From contig NC_086107.1 in NCBI RefSeq assembly GCF_963921235.1, forward strand, positions 99,884,001 through 99,948,000: a stretch of DNA of 64,000 bases. The letters are read 5' to 3'. The DNA is from Mobula hypostoma (taxonomy: Eukaryota). This document shows, in pieces, positions 23,020 to 34,205 of the stretch. Positions within the stretch are counted from its first letter, which is position 1. Each line of letters opens with the position of its first letter. A program made the translations under genes and the position numbers. Under the pieces are notes generated by a model. The model ran no database searches and was not told where the DNA came from. It saw nothing but the letters and a program-made list of their open reading frames with translations.

Positions 23020-26000
23020 CTAATAACAATAATGACTTATTTATAGAGCACTTACCATACAGAAGATGCATTTCAAAGAGCTTTACAATGGGATAAACAT
23101 AAAAACATGAAAAAAAATAAAAATTAACATGAAAATAAAAGGCAAGATGTTGGTTAAAAGCAAAGGCTAAATAATTAGGGTTTTGAGCTGGCATTTAAAA
23201 GTGTCAACTGAGTCTGCATCCTTTGTAATTTTAGGTATTGAATTCCACAGTTTAGGGGCGTCATTCAATAAAAGCTGACCTGCCAGTTATCTTTTAGGGG
23301 AGATTGTTTAAATTTAATAGACCAGCGAAGGAGATCTCAAGCAGGATTACAAAACAAAAATAATCCTGTGATGTACTCCTGTCCCAGACCATTAAGAGCT
23401 TTAAAAACAAGTGAGAGAACTTTAAAATCAATTCTAAAAGATACAAGAAGCCGATGCAGATCAGCTGGGACAGGATTGATATGTTCCCCCATCCTGGTTT
23501 GGGTTAAAAGTCTAGCAGTAGTGTTCTGAATGTGTTAAAGTTTGTCAGTAGTTTGCTTTGCAAGGCCAGTACAAAGTGCATTGCAGTAATCTAATCTATT
23601 TGATATACAGGCATAAATTAGCTTTTCAGTACTATTATGTGACAGAAACCGACGTACCTTTGCAATATTTCTTAAGTGTAGAAATCTGTTCTGGTCACTA
23701 TCTTCATTGGGATTTAAAATTCAAATCTGAATCAAGGCTAACACCCAGGCTAATTACTTCTGATTTTTACAAGTGGAGCCAAATTCCGAAGTTTATCAAG
23801 TTTATCTCTTTTGGCTTTGGGGCCGACCAAAAGTATTTAAGTTTTATATTCATTTAGTTTAAGAAATTACTGCTCATGCATTTGTTTATTGCAGTCATTT
23901 CAGAAGTCAGAGAAGATAGAGTGTTATTATCATTAGGCTCAACTGAGATTTACAATTGTGTGTTATCTGAATGACTGTGAATCAAGTTTATGCTCTCTAA
24001 GGGGAACATGTATCAGGGCAAGTGCAGGGAACCAAGACAGCTTCCCTGAGCAACAGCACAAGGTATATCATATCTCTCAATAGATGAGTCACCAAGACGG
24101 ATAAAAAATTTCTCTCTAAGATATGTGAGCAAAACCAATTAAAGGCACTACCAGAGACGCCAATCCAGTTCTCAATGCAGTCTAGAAGATTGTTGTGGTC
24201 AATTGTGTCGAAGTCAGCACTTAGAGCTAGAAGGATTAGAACTGAAGCAACACACATCAAAGTTGCCGGTGAACGCAGCAGACCAGGCAGCATCTCTAGG
24301 AAGAGGTACAGTCGACGTCTCGGCCCGAAACCTCGACTGTACCTCTTCCTAGAGATGCTGCCTGGCCTGCTGCGTTCACCAGCAACTTTGATGTGTGCTG
24401 CTTGAATTTCCAGCATCTGCAGAATTCCTCGTGTATACAGGATTAGAGCTGAGACTCTGTTGGCACCAGTGCTGAGCCCAAGGAAGCTGACAATTTTAGT
24501 AAGGGCTGTCTCCATGCTGTGGTTTGCTCTAAAACCTGACTGAAACTTCTCTGGAATATTGTTCTCATTCAGAAAGTTGTTGAGTTAGTTGAAAGTAACT
24601 TTCTCAAGAATCTTGCTCAGGAAAGGAAGATTTGATTAGCTAGTACCTCACTACAACACACATCAAAGTTGCTGGTGAACGCAGCAGGCCCAGGCAGCAT
24701 CTTTAGGAAGAGGTACAGTTGACGTACCTCACTATCAAGGTTTGACTGCTGCAGTTTTGAAGGCGTCTGGAAAAACTCCAGTTTCAAGGGATAACAGAAT
24801 TGAAAACACTTTGGAAAGAGTTCTTAAACAAGTGTGGTAGGGACAGGGTTGAGACAGTTTACTCTTTATTACAATCTTATAGAGTTCTTAATCAGAAATA
24901 CTTGCAAATTTTGACATGTTTGCCATTTTTTATGAGGTTGGCTGTACAGGTCACTAGAATCTGTAGCTATACTCTCCCTAATGGAAGCAATTTTCTTGAT
25001 ATAGAAAATATTGCAAATTCCTCACATTTTGTGGCAGATGCTTGACTGAGGACATAATAGGTTGGGGCAGTTTCAAAAATAACAATATTCTTGAATCGCC
25101 TTTATTCCCTATAATAATCTTGGGAAAAAAAAGGGGGTTTTCTTGCACAGCATATTGCAATGTTGACGGAGGCTGGTTTTTCCTTGGAAATATACTTCTA
25201 GTCCAGCTTTTCTCCATTTTCTCTCAGCTACTCTGCATGATCTCATGAATTTGCAGACAGAATTGTTTAACTTTATTACTAAGTGATTCTTTTTAACCCT
25301 CAGTGAGGCCACTGTGCTTAACATATTTCTCAAGTCATTGTTGAAAGAATCAACTATTTCATTTACCGAGTAGTTTAAGTCACATGGGTCAGATAAACCA
25401 GCCAACTCAGAGAATTTAAGTTGTATGAAACAGTATCTTTTGTGGTCTTGGTTACAAGCAGGAGGGCATCAAAAAGTGCACAAAAATGAATCAGAGTTAG
25501 TGGTGTCATGCAGAGCGACATTAATAATACTTAACCCTTTAGTCATTACTAAGTCAAATGTATTTTCAAGTCAAAGGGTGGGCTCAGTGACATCCTGGGT
25601 AAGATCTAGGCTATCTAGTAAGCTCACAAATTAGCTGCCATAGAGTTCACAGTTGAGAAATCATTAATATGAATATTGAAATCGTCAGCAATGAAAATCC
25701 TGTCATAGTTCAACAAAATAGAAGATAAGAATTCCAAAAGAAAGCTGGCATTGGATTTAGAAGGGTGACAAATTATAACACAGAGGACCACAAATTTTAA
25801 ACAAATGCACCTCAAAACTTGAAGAAAATAGTTGGCAGACAGTAGATTGCACCTAAAATGCTTTCTGAGCATAGTGGTAAGCCCACTACCTCATTTTCTA
25901 GGCCATGGCACACTGAAACTGTGAGGGGGGGAATACAGTTCAGATAACTGGCTGTATTCATTTGGCTACAACCAGGTCTCAGTTAAGATCATAAAATCAA

Positions 26001-26720
26001 AATCTGGAAAGGGAATAAAATCATTTACGATAAGTCTTATTTGAAAGGGATCGCACATTTAGAAGTAGCTTGGAGAGGAACAACAGATTTAAATTTAAGA
26101 GTAGAAGTTTATTTCTGTTAACACCTTTAATAGGATAGTTCAATCTGGGGACCCTTCCAGTGACAATGGTCTGAATAGGATGGGTAATGTTTACAGAACT
26201 GGTGGACGGTGAGGAGGAAGTCATTAGGGATTGATCGCACACTCTGTTGATAGTGAATAGTCAGTAATGTTAGTGTGCAGGGGAATATATCTGTAGACAG
26301 CATCCATGAGTCCAGTCTGTTTGGGTGAAGAACATCAGGTTTGAAAAATGTGGCATGTTCCTAAAATAGATTAAAATGGTCAATAAAGCCAAAGTTCAGC
26401 ACCCTACATTGCGTCTGAAGCCAATCACGCAGACCGAGGAGCCTGCTAAACCCCCCAGAGCTGCAACCCAGTGTGGGAATTGGTCCGGAGGTTTAAAAAA
26501 TGCCTTTGCCACAGATTTTTAGACATTCAAAGAGACCACTAAAGTTACTTTCCAGCAGCTCAGATTGCTGCTGAAACATGTCATTTGTACTAACGCAGAC
26601 AACGATCCTTTTTACAGCGGGGTAGTCAGTTGCGGGCAAGGGAGTTTGTACATTATATCAGAGACTTTAGTGCTGGGAAAACAAAACAGTCACCCTTAGC
26701 TTTGACTCAGTTTTGACTTG
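23020..26720 (-). mobile_element. Degenerate L2-type LINE (ORF1, endonuclease and RT remnants)
   Basis: Remnants LLNVRSLSNK, IADDFNIH, METALTKI and LLALSADFDTIDHNNLL; many stops and frameshifts; interrupted by Penelope fragments. Confidence 0.8.
24245..24438. mobile_element. Palindromic Penelope terminal fragment
   Basis: Inverted copies of the Penelope end, flanked by aggattagaactga / aggattagagctga duplication. Confidence 0.75.
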
Positions 26721-27329
26721 CCCATGATGGAGCACTGGCCTCCGTAGTACCCAGGACATCTTCAAGGAGCGGTGCCTCAAAAAGGCAGCATCCATCATTA
26801 AGGACCCCCACCACCCAGGACGTGCCCTCTTCTCATTGATACCATCATGGAGGAGGTACAGGAGCCTGAAGGCACACACTCAACGATTCAGGAACAGCTT
26901 CTTTGCCTCTGCCATCCAATTTCTGAACGGACATTGAACTAATGAACACTCATCACTACATTTTTATTTCTGTTTTTGCACTACTTATTTAATTGAACTA
27001 TATATTTTTTTTACTGTAATTCAGTTTTATCTATATTATCATGCATTGCATTGTACTGGTGCTGAGTTAACAAATTTCACAAGATATGCCGGTGATATTA
27101 AACCTGATTCTAATTCTGAGTTTCCTAATGATGGAGTTGCTAATTATCAGCAATGTTGGAGGCGGGGGAGAAGACTTCAAAGGCAGTGGAACAGCTGGCA
27201 AATGTGAGGCTTTTAAAAGGGTCCTATCAAGAGACTGGGGCAGTATGTTCCCGGGTGAAAGGAAGCTATACCAAGTTCACGGAACCCCTGGCTGATGGGA
27301 GATGTCAAAACTCTAGCAAGGAACAAGAA

Positions 27330-29760
27330 GGAAGCGTTCATCACGTCTAGCACAGGGTGCAAATGAATCCTTCAACAAATACTGTATAAAAGACCAGGCT
27401 TGAGGAAATCGGTGGGGGGGGGGGGAAGAAAAGGGGTGTGCAGTCAGGCAGGGTTAAAGATAATCCCAAGAGGCTGTTCAGTTACTTGAACAGTAAGTCG
27501 GGTGCCTAGGGAGAGACCAGATCCTCTTAATGACTATGAAGTCATGCATGAAAAATTGTTTGGAGTTTTTTGAAGCTGTATCTAAGGGAGCAGATGAAAG
27601 TAGGGCAGTGGATGTCGTCTATATGGACTTTACTGTGGCCTTTGACAAGGTCTAACATGGCAGGTTGATCTGGAGGTTAAGTCTCTTAAATAGGCTGAAT
27701 GATAGGAAACAGAGGATGGTCGTTGAGGGTCAACTGAAAACCTGTGACAACTGAGGAGCCCCAGGGGTCGGTATTGGGACCTCTGTTATTCATGGGATTG
27801 GATGAGAATGTCCATGGCATGATGCGCAGTTTGCTGATGATACTAAATTAGGGGAACTTACTGACAGTGAAGCAGGTTACAATGAATTAAGAGTACAAAG
27901 TAAATTTATTCTCAAAGTAATATATGACACCTCATACGACCCAGAGATTCATTTTCTTGTGGGCATACACAGTAAGTATAAGAAACCACGATATAATCAA
28001 TGGAAGACTGCACCCAGCAGGATGTGGGAACAGTTCGGTGATGGGGAAAGTGAAGCTGAGTGAAGTTATGCCCTCTGGTTCAAGAGCCTGATGGTTGAGG
28101 GGTAATAAATGTTCCTGAACCTGGTGATGTAGGTCCTGAGGCTCCTGTACCACCTTCTTGATGGCAGCAGCGAGAAAAGAAGATGGCCTGGATGGTGGAG
28201 GCCCTTGACGATGGATGCTGCTTTCCTGCGACGGCGTTCTTTGTAGATGTGCTCAAAGTTGGAGGGGGATATACCTGTGATGAACTGGGCCGTATCCACA
28301 ACTGTTTGTAGGTTTTCCATTCGTGGGCATTGGTGATTCCATACCAGGCGTGATGCAACACCAATGCCCTTGAGCAGGAAGTCTACAAAAAGTAGTGGAT
28401 ACGGCCTAGTCTATGCTGGAATCATCGAATGTGATTAGTTAAGGAGATGTGCAAAGGAATGGCAAATGAATTTCAACTCAGATACGTGTGAGGTAACACT
28501 ATGTGAATAGTCAAAGCAGGGGGTGGCTTATACAGTGAGTGGCAGGTCACTGGTAAGTGTTGTGGAATAGTTGTTTTACTGTGTACTCTACCAGCAGTTA
28601 TGGTCGAAATGACAATAAAAAGTGACTTGACTTGACTTGAGAGCTGGGAGTACGTGCACAGTTCCCTGAAAGTGCCCACACATGTAGACAGGGCGGTGAA
28701 GAAGGCATTTGGCATTCTGGCCTTCATCAGTCAGGGTATCAAGTTTAGGAGTAGGGTTCATTAAGTTGCAGTCATATAGGAGATTTACACGGATACTGCC
28801 TGGGCTAGAGACCCTGAATTATAGGGAGAGGTTGGCCACGTTGTATCGTTATTCAGTTTAGAAGATTGAGAGGTGAACTCATAGCAGTTAAAAAAATTAC
28901 AAGGGGATATAGATCAGTTGACAGTCAAAGCCTTTTCTGAAGAGTTGGGGAGTCCAAAACTAGAAGGCACAGATATAAGAAAGATTTAATAGAGACCTGA
29001 GAGGTAATTTCTTTACACAGTGGGTAGTGAGTTCCTGGAATAAGCTGCCAGGGGATGTGGTTGAGGTCGGTACTTCTTTGGAGGCCCTCCGTTTGTTGAG
29101 GTTGACCGTGGACGTTGTGCCCTAGCTGTCTACGTGATACACAAGCCAGGGCTGTACGACATGGAGAGTGAGCTGTTGCCCACGCAGCGGACTCCCCCTC
29201 CCCACACAGCTGATGAACCCAAAGGAACGGCCGAGACCGGTACAGTCTGGCACCAGCGGTGGCGCAGGAGTTGCCAGTCAGCGTTGAACCCAGGCCTTAG
29301 GCACTCCAGCTCCGGATCTTCCCTCGGGGTTTACTTCTGAATCCTTCGCCACGAGCGGCTAGAGCCGCAAGGCAGCCGAGGTTTGAGATTGGAGTTTCCC
29401 TTCTCCTAGATGAGCTGGCAACAACGGCGGATGAGCCCCATCTGCCCGAAGCGACTGGTTTAAGCACCAGTGACCGGCCTTTGCCCTTTCTGTCAGTAGA
29501 AATGATTCCTTGGGACTTGGTACACGCATGAAAGCCAGAAGCTGGACTTGTCGGCGGCTACTTGAGGCGCATGCCATTGGGAGCATTTAATAGCAAGGTG
29601 GATACGATTGCAACATTTAAGACACATTTGGATCAGGTACGTGGATGGAAAGGGCTTGAAGGGTTATGGGCTGAACATGGGCGACTGGGACTAGCAGGGA
29701 GGATGCTGTGGTCAGTATAGACCAGTCGGGCTGAAGGGCCTTTTCCATGCTATATGAGTC
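27330..29760 (+). mobile_element. Old fragmented CR1 LINE with nested Rex/Babar (about 27890-28365, minus) and RTE-like (about 29075-29590) fragments
   Basis: AVDVVYMDF..AFDKV and [11 protein letters not shown] remnants; AWYGITNA motif in the nested piece. Confidence 0.7.
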
Positions 29761-29787
29761 AGAGTACATCCACCTGGTTAGTCGTGA

Positions 29788-29794
29788 GTGTGTG

Positions 29795-29830
<36 letters not shown>
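29788..29830. repeat. (GT)n microsatellite
   Basis: Directly visible. Confidence 0.95.
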
Positions 29831-29832
<2 letters not shown>

Positions 29833-30489
29833 GTGTGTCTGTGACTGTGAATGTGTCCACAGACTTTAGGTGTGTACAGTGTAAGGGTGTAAGTGAGAGT
29901 GCTGGCATATTCAAGTGCAATGTTTGTGTGATGTTAGTCACATTGGGCCTCAATCTGGGAAGATTTCTAGAGGGCAAGATTAGAATGCCCCCAAAAATGG
30001 GTGTGGGTATAGTGATGTATGATTAATTTACTCCAATTCACTCAACAAAACAAGTTCAGGCAGCCTGTTTCATTTACATGACTATTATCACAGACTATAT
30101 ATGGGATTTACATGTCGGCCATCACAAACTATAGTGGTATTGCAGCTAAAAACAAAAGAGCTGATTGTGGATTACAGGAGGAACAGAGACAGACTCACCC
30201 CGTTCAAAATCAATGGGTCTACAGTTGAGAGGGCGAGTAGTTTCAAGTACCTCGGTACCTCGCCTGGACTGGACACACCGGCTTTGTGGCAAAAAAAGCA
30301 GAACAGCCCCATGTCCAAGTTATTAATAAATATTAGGAGAAACAGTGGCCCTTCGTGTCAACCCCAGGAACTCCTCTGTAAAATTCCCTCCAGTCCGCAA
30401 AATTGTTCTGCACCATCCCTATTGTTTCTTTGTTAATTTTCTGCCTATGGTGTAAGAGGGACTTTCATCTCAAGGGCTTCAATCTTTAT

Positions 30490-30890
30490 GACAAGCTTGT
30501 ACTCACTAGCATTCAGAAGATTGAGGGGTGACCCCTATCAAATGTTGAAAGGCCTCGATAGAGTAGATGCGGAGAGGATGCTTCCTATGCTGGGAGAGTG
30601 TAGGACCAGAGGACACAGCCTCAGAATAAAGGGACATCCTTTTACAACAGAGATGAGGAGGAATTCCTAAAGCCAGAGAGAGGTGAATCTGTGGAATTTG
30701 ATGCCACAGGCACAGGCAATGGGCATATTTAAGGCAGAGGTTGATGGATTCTTGACTAGTCAGGGCATGAAAGGATACGAGGAGAAGGCAGAAGAGTGGG
30801 GCTGAGAGGGAGAATGGATCAACCGTGATGAAATGGCGGAGCAGACAAAGGGCCAAATGGCCTGATACTCCTCCTACATCTTATAGTCTT
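30490..30890 (+). mobile_element. CR1 3' end fragment
   Basis: LYSLAFRRLRGD...RTRGHSLRI. Confidence 0.8.
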
Positions 30891-31098
30891 ATTGGGTGAA
30901 ACCTTAGCAGATGCCTTTTGGAAGCTCATTAATGCCACATTGACCTCCCCTGTTACTCACCAACATATTCTAAAATTATTTAGACACCATTTACCTTTAA
31001 TAACTCCATTCTGCTCTCCTCCAAACCTTCCATACGCGTCCGAGTATCAGCTGATTCGGTCCCTCATTGTTCCTTCACTATGTGGTTAAACTGATAAA

Positions 31099-31404
31099 GG
31101 CATCCGTCAGTCTTGCGAGACCATGGATCTGCGCCTGGAAAGTCTTCACTCTCCAGGGCGCAGGCCTGGGCAAGGTTGTATGGAAGACCAGCAATTGCCC
31201 ATGCTGCAAGTCTCCCCTCTCCACGACACCAATGTTGTCCAAGGGAAGGGCATTAGGACCCATACAGCTTGGCACCAGTGTCGTCACAGAGCAATCTGTG
31301 ATTAAGTGCCTTGCTCAAGGACACAACACGTTCCCTCGGCTGGGGCTCGAACTCACGACCTTCAGGTCGCTAGTCCAATGCCTTAACCACTTGGCCACGT
31401 GCCC
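31099..31404 (-). mobile_element. tRNA-derived SINE with target-site duplication
   Basis: Reverse copy of the 17749 SINE, flanked by aaactgataaa on both sides. Confidence 0.88.
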
Positions 31405-33727
31405 ACTCAAACTGATAAAATCGACCATTTAAAAAATATTAAAATAAGGACAAAAATTGTCAGGAACACTCAGCAGGTCAGGCAGCATCTGTGGAGAGGG
31501 GAATAGAGGTAACACTTCAGGTTGAAGACCCTACATCATAACTGTGAAATGAGAGGACAAGCTAGTTTCGAGTCAACCTCAATATTGCCTATCACTCGTC
31601 CCCAAAGTCACACGTTTCCACTCCTCAGCCGACTGAGCCCTTGGACATGGAATCATGAACTACCTCATTCTGGAAGCAATAGGCAGGGGCGTTAGTGAGC
31701 GTGTTGCAGCTTTTACGAAATACATCCCATGACTGATGCAAGCTGCACATGTGTGTACACAGTGAAATGTGGGTATGTGTAAGACTGTTGGAGAGACGGT
31801 GTGAGAGAGTGGATTTGGTACAGGTGGGACCTGTTGTTGTTTCTACTGACTTTGACCACAAGTTAGATCATTAAACTTAAGAGTAATACAGTAGTTTGAC
31901 GGAGAGATTTAGCAGAGAAACAGGCACTATAGCACACAGAGTCTGAACCAGTCACCAAATGCCTTTTAACACCCATCCTATCCACTTTATTCTCCCCTTG
32001 TTCTCTCCAGATCAGGGGTTCCCAACCTTCTTTTATGCCGTGGACCCCTACTTTTAACCGAAAGGTCCTTGGACCTCAGTTTGGGATCCTCTGCTCCAGA
32101 TCAACTTCCCCTAGATTTTCCCGCTCACCCGCCTTTTGGAGCAATAGAGCTGCCAGCCTACATGTTTTTTGGAAAGTGAGAGGAAATCGGAGCACCCAGG
32201 GGAAAGCCATGTGATCGTAGAGAGAGCTTGCAAACTCCACACAGACAGTGCCCAAGGTCAGGATTGAACCCAGGTTACTGGAGCAGTAAGGCAGCAGCTC
32301 TGCTCGCTATGCCATTGTACCGTCCTAAAATTCTTAGTGCACTGGGGTCAAGTTCCAAGAGCTTCTACTTCCCTGGTATAAACATCACCAACAGCCTGTC
32401 CTGATCGAACTGTATGGATGTTGTGGCCAAGAAAGCACACCAGCGCCTCTCCTTCCTCAGGAGGGTGAGAAAACTGGGCATGTCCTCCTCCACCCTCACC
32501 AATTTTTATTGATCGTTCGTTCATTATGTGCCGTGATACGGGCAATCGTGGTCTTTCCATGATCATGATTGTTCTTGGCAATTTTTTCGACAGAAATCGT
32601 TCGTTTTTTTTGTTCTGTCCTTCCAAGTAATTGGGTATTGCTCATTCCACACACCATTGGTCATAATCTAAAGTTTACAAATCTCATTAGATGGATTGTA
32701 ACTACCGTTATCCAGCTTTTCCTTTTCCAAGATGTATTGGGATGCAACAGAGGTTAGCAGGAAAACAAGAACAATGGCTCACAGATTGTTATCCAGGTGG
32801 GCAGATAACTTGACCAGCTGGGAAGTAACACATGACCAGTCTGAACAGACGGGTGCCATATATTCAAACACCGCAAAATGTTGTGTAATCTGTATTACAT
32901 GTAAACACTTTAAATGTGTGTTACTGAAGTGGCCTGTGGCAAGATGAAACTTTCTAGTACTTTTTACCATCCTGACTACTGAGCAAATTGAAACTACCCG
33001 TACCTGTTCCGTGTTTTGCTTCTTTTCTGTTCTACCTGATGCAGGCAGGTTGGTATTTTTATTATAGTTGAATGAAACTTTGATTTAAAATGTGAAAGAA
33101 AAAGAAATAGTTTGTTTTTCCTCCTCCTGGCCAGTGTCTTATACCAACAACTGCTCTGCCCAAGATCACAAGAAACTGTAGGGAGTTATGGACACAGCTC
33201 AGCGCACCACAAATAAAAAGTCTCCTTTCTGTCTTCACTTCTCACTGCCTTACTAAGGCAGCCAGTAATCAAAGACCCCTGCCATCCTGCACCCCTCATT
33301 TCTCCCCACCCCTTTGGGCAGCAGATACAATAGCCTAAAAGCTGGTACTACTAGGCTCAAGGACAGATCCTATCTCACAATTATAAGACTATTGGATGGG
33401 CCTCATACAATAAAATGACTCTTGACCTCACTCTTTACCTCAATGTGGCCTCACACTTTGTTATCTGCTCGCAGTGCACTTTTTCTGTAACTGTGGCACT
33501 TTAATTTGCAACACACACAAAATGCAGGAAAACCTCAGCAGTTCATTTGCATTCTGTTACTACTCTCCCCTTGCACTATCTCAATGTACTGATGCAATGA
33601 AATGGTCTGCATGGATGGTATGCAAAGTTTAATGCGTGTGACAATAACAAACCAATTACTTAGTGCAATGCGCACAAAATGCTGGAGGAACTCAGCAGGC
33701 CAGGTAGCACCTGTGGAAATGAATAAA

Positions 33728-33765
33728 CGGTCGACGTTTCGGGCCAAGACCCTTCATCAGGACTG
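33728..33765 (-). ncRNA. Type I minimal hammerhead ribozyme motif in a Penelope-related short element
   Basis: Minus strand CAGUC-CUGAUGA-AGGGUCUUGGCCC-GAAAC-GUC-GACCG: intact core, stem II, palindromic ACGU stem III, stem I with one mismatch. Confidence 0.7.
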
Positions 33766-34205
33766 GAAAGGAAAGGGGAAGACACCACAATAAAAAGCTG
33801 GGGTGAGGGGAAGGAGGATGGCTAGAAGGTGACAGGTGAAGCCAGGTGGGTAGGAAAGATAAAGGGCTGGAGAGGAAGGAATCTGATAGGAGAGGAGAGT
33901 GGACCATATTATGGCCTTTAAGTACTTTCTCTGTCTTTAGACTGTTCCTGGATCTTCTGGAGTGAAGGTTCCTCCTCTGTCCACCAGAACCTTGAGGTCA
34001 GCATCCATGATTTATGCCTGTCCTACCAGAGGTTCTGCTAATCCCCACACTGCCCATGACTTCCAGTGCAAATCAGATTCACGGTTCTCATCTCTTTGGT
34101 GTGGAAGACTTCAGTCGCTCCTGGTCAGTTTTGGCAGCTGTGTAGGATCACGAGGTGACTTATGCTTCTGACACAGTCCTGGAAAAGGAATGGCAGTAGA
34201 AGACA

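Larger units (their letters stand above)
11759..32840 (-). pseudogene. Possible unidentified, probably decayed multi-exon gene (candidate exons 32783-32840, 31664-31742, 19639-19906, 16485-16620, 11759-11930)
   Basis: Unique-sequence islands bounded by AG/GT whose phases chain (1-2, 2-0, 0-1, 1-2, 2-stop); two in-frame TGA in the 19.6-kb exon; no recognisable homolog. Confidence 0.25.

Noticed and set aside
29788..29830. Equivalent of the human HMOX1 promoter (GT)n polymorphism
   Set aside because: About 20 kb from the TSS and adjacent to a LINE tail; an ordinary microsatellite.
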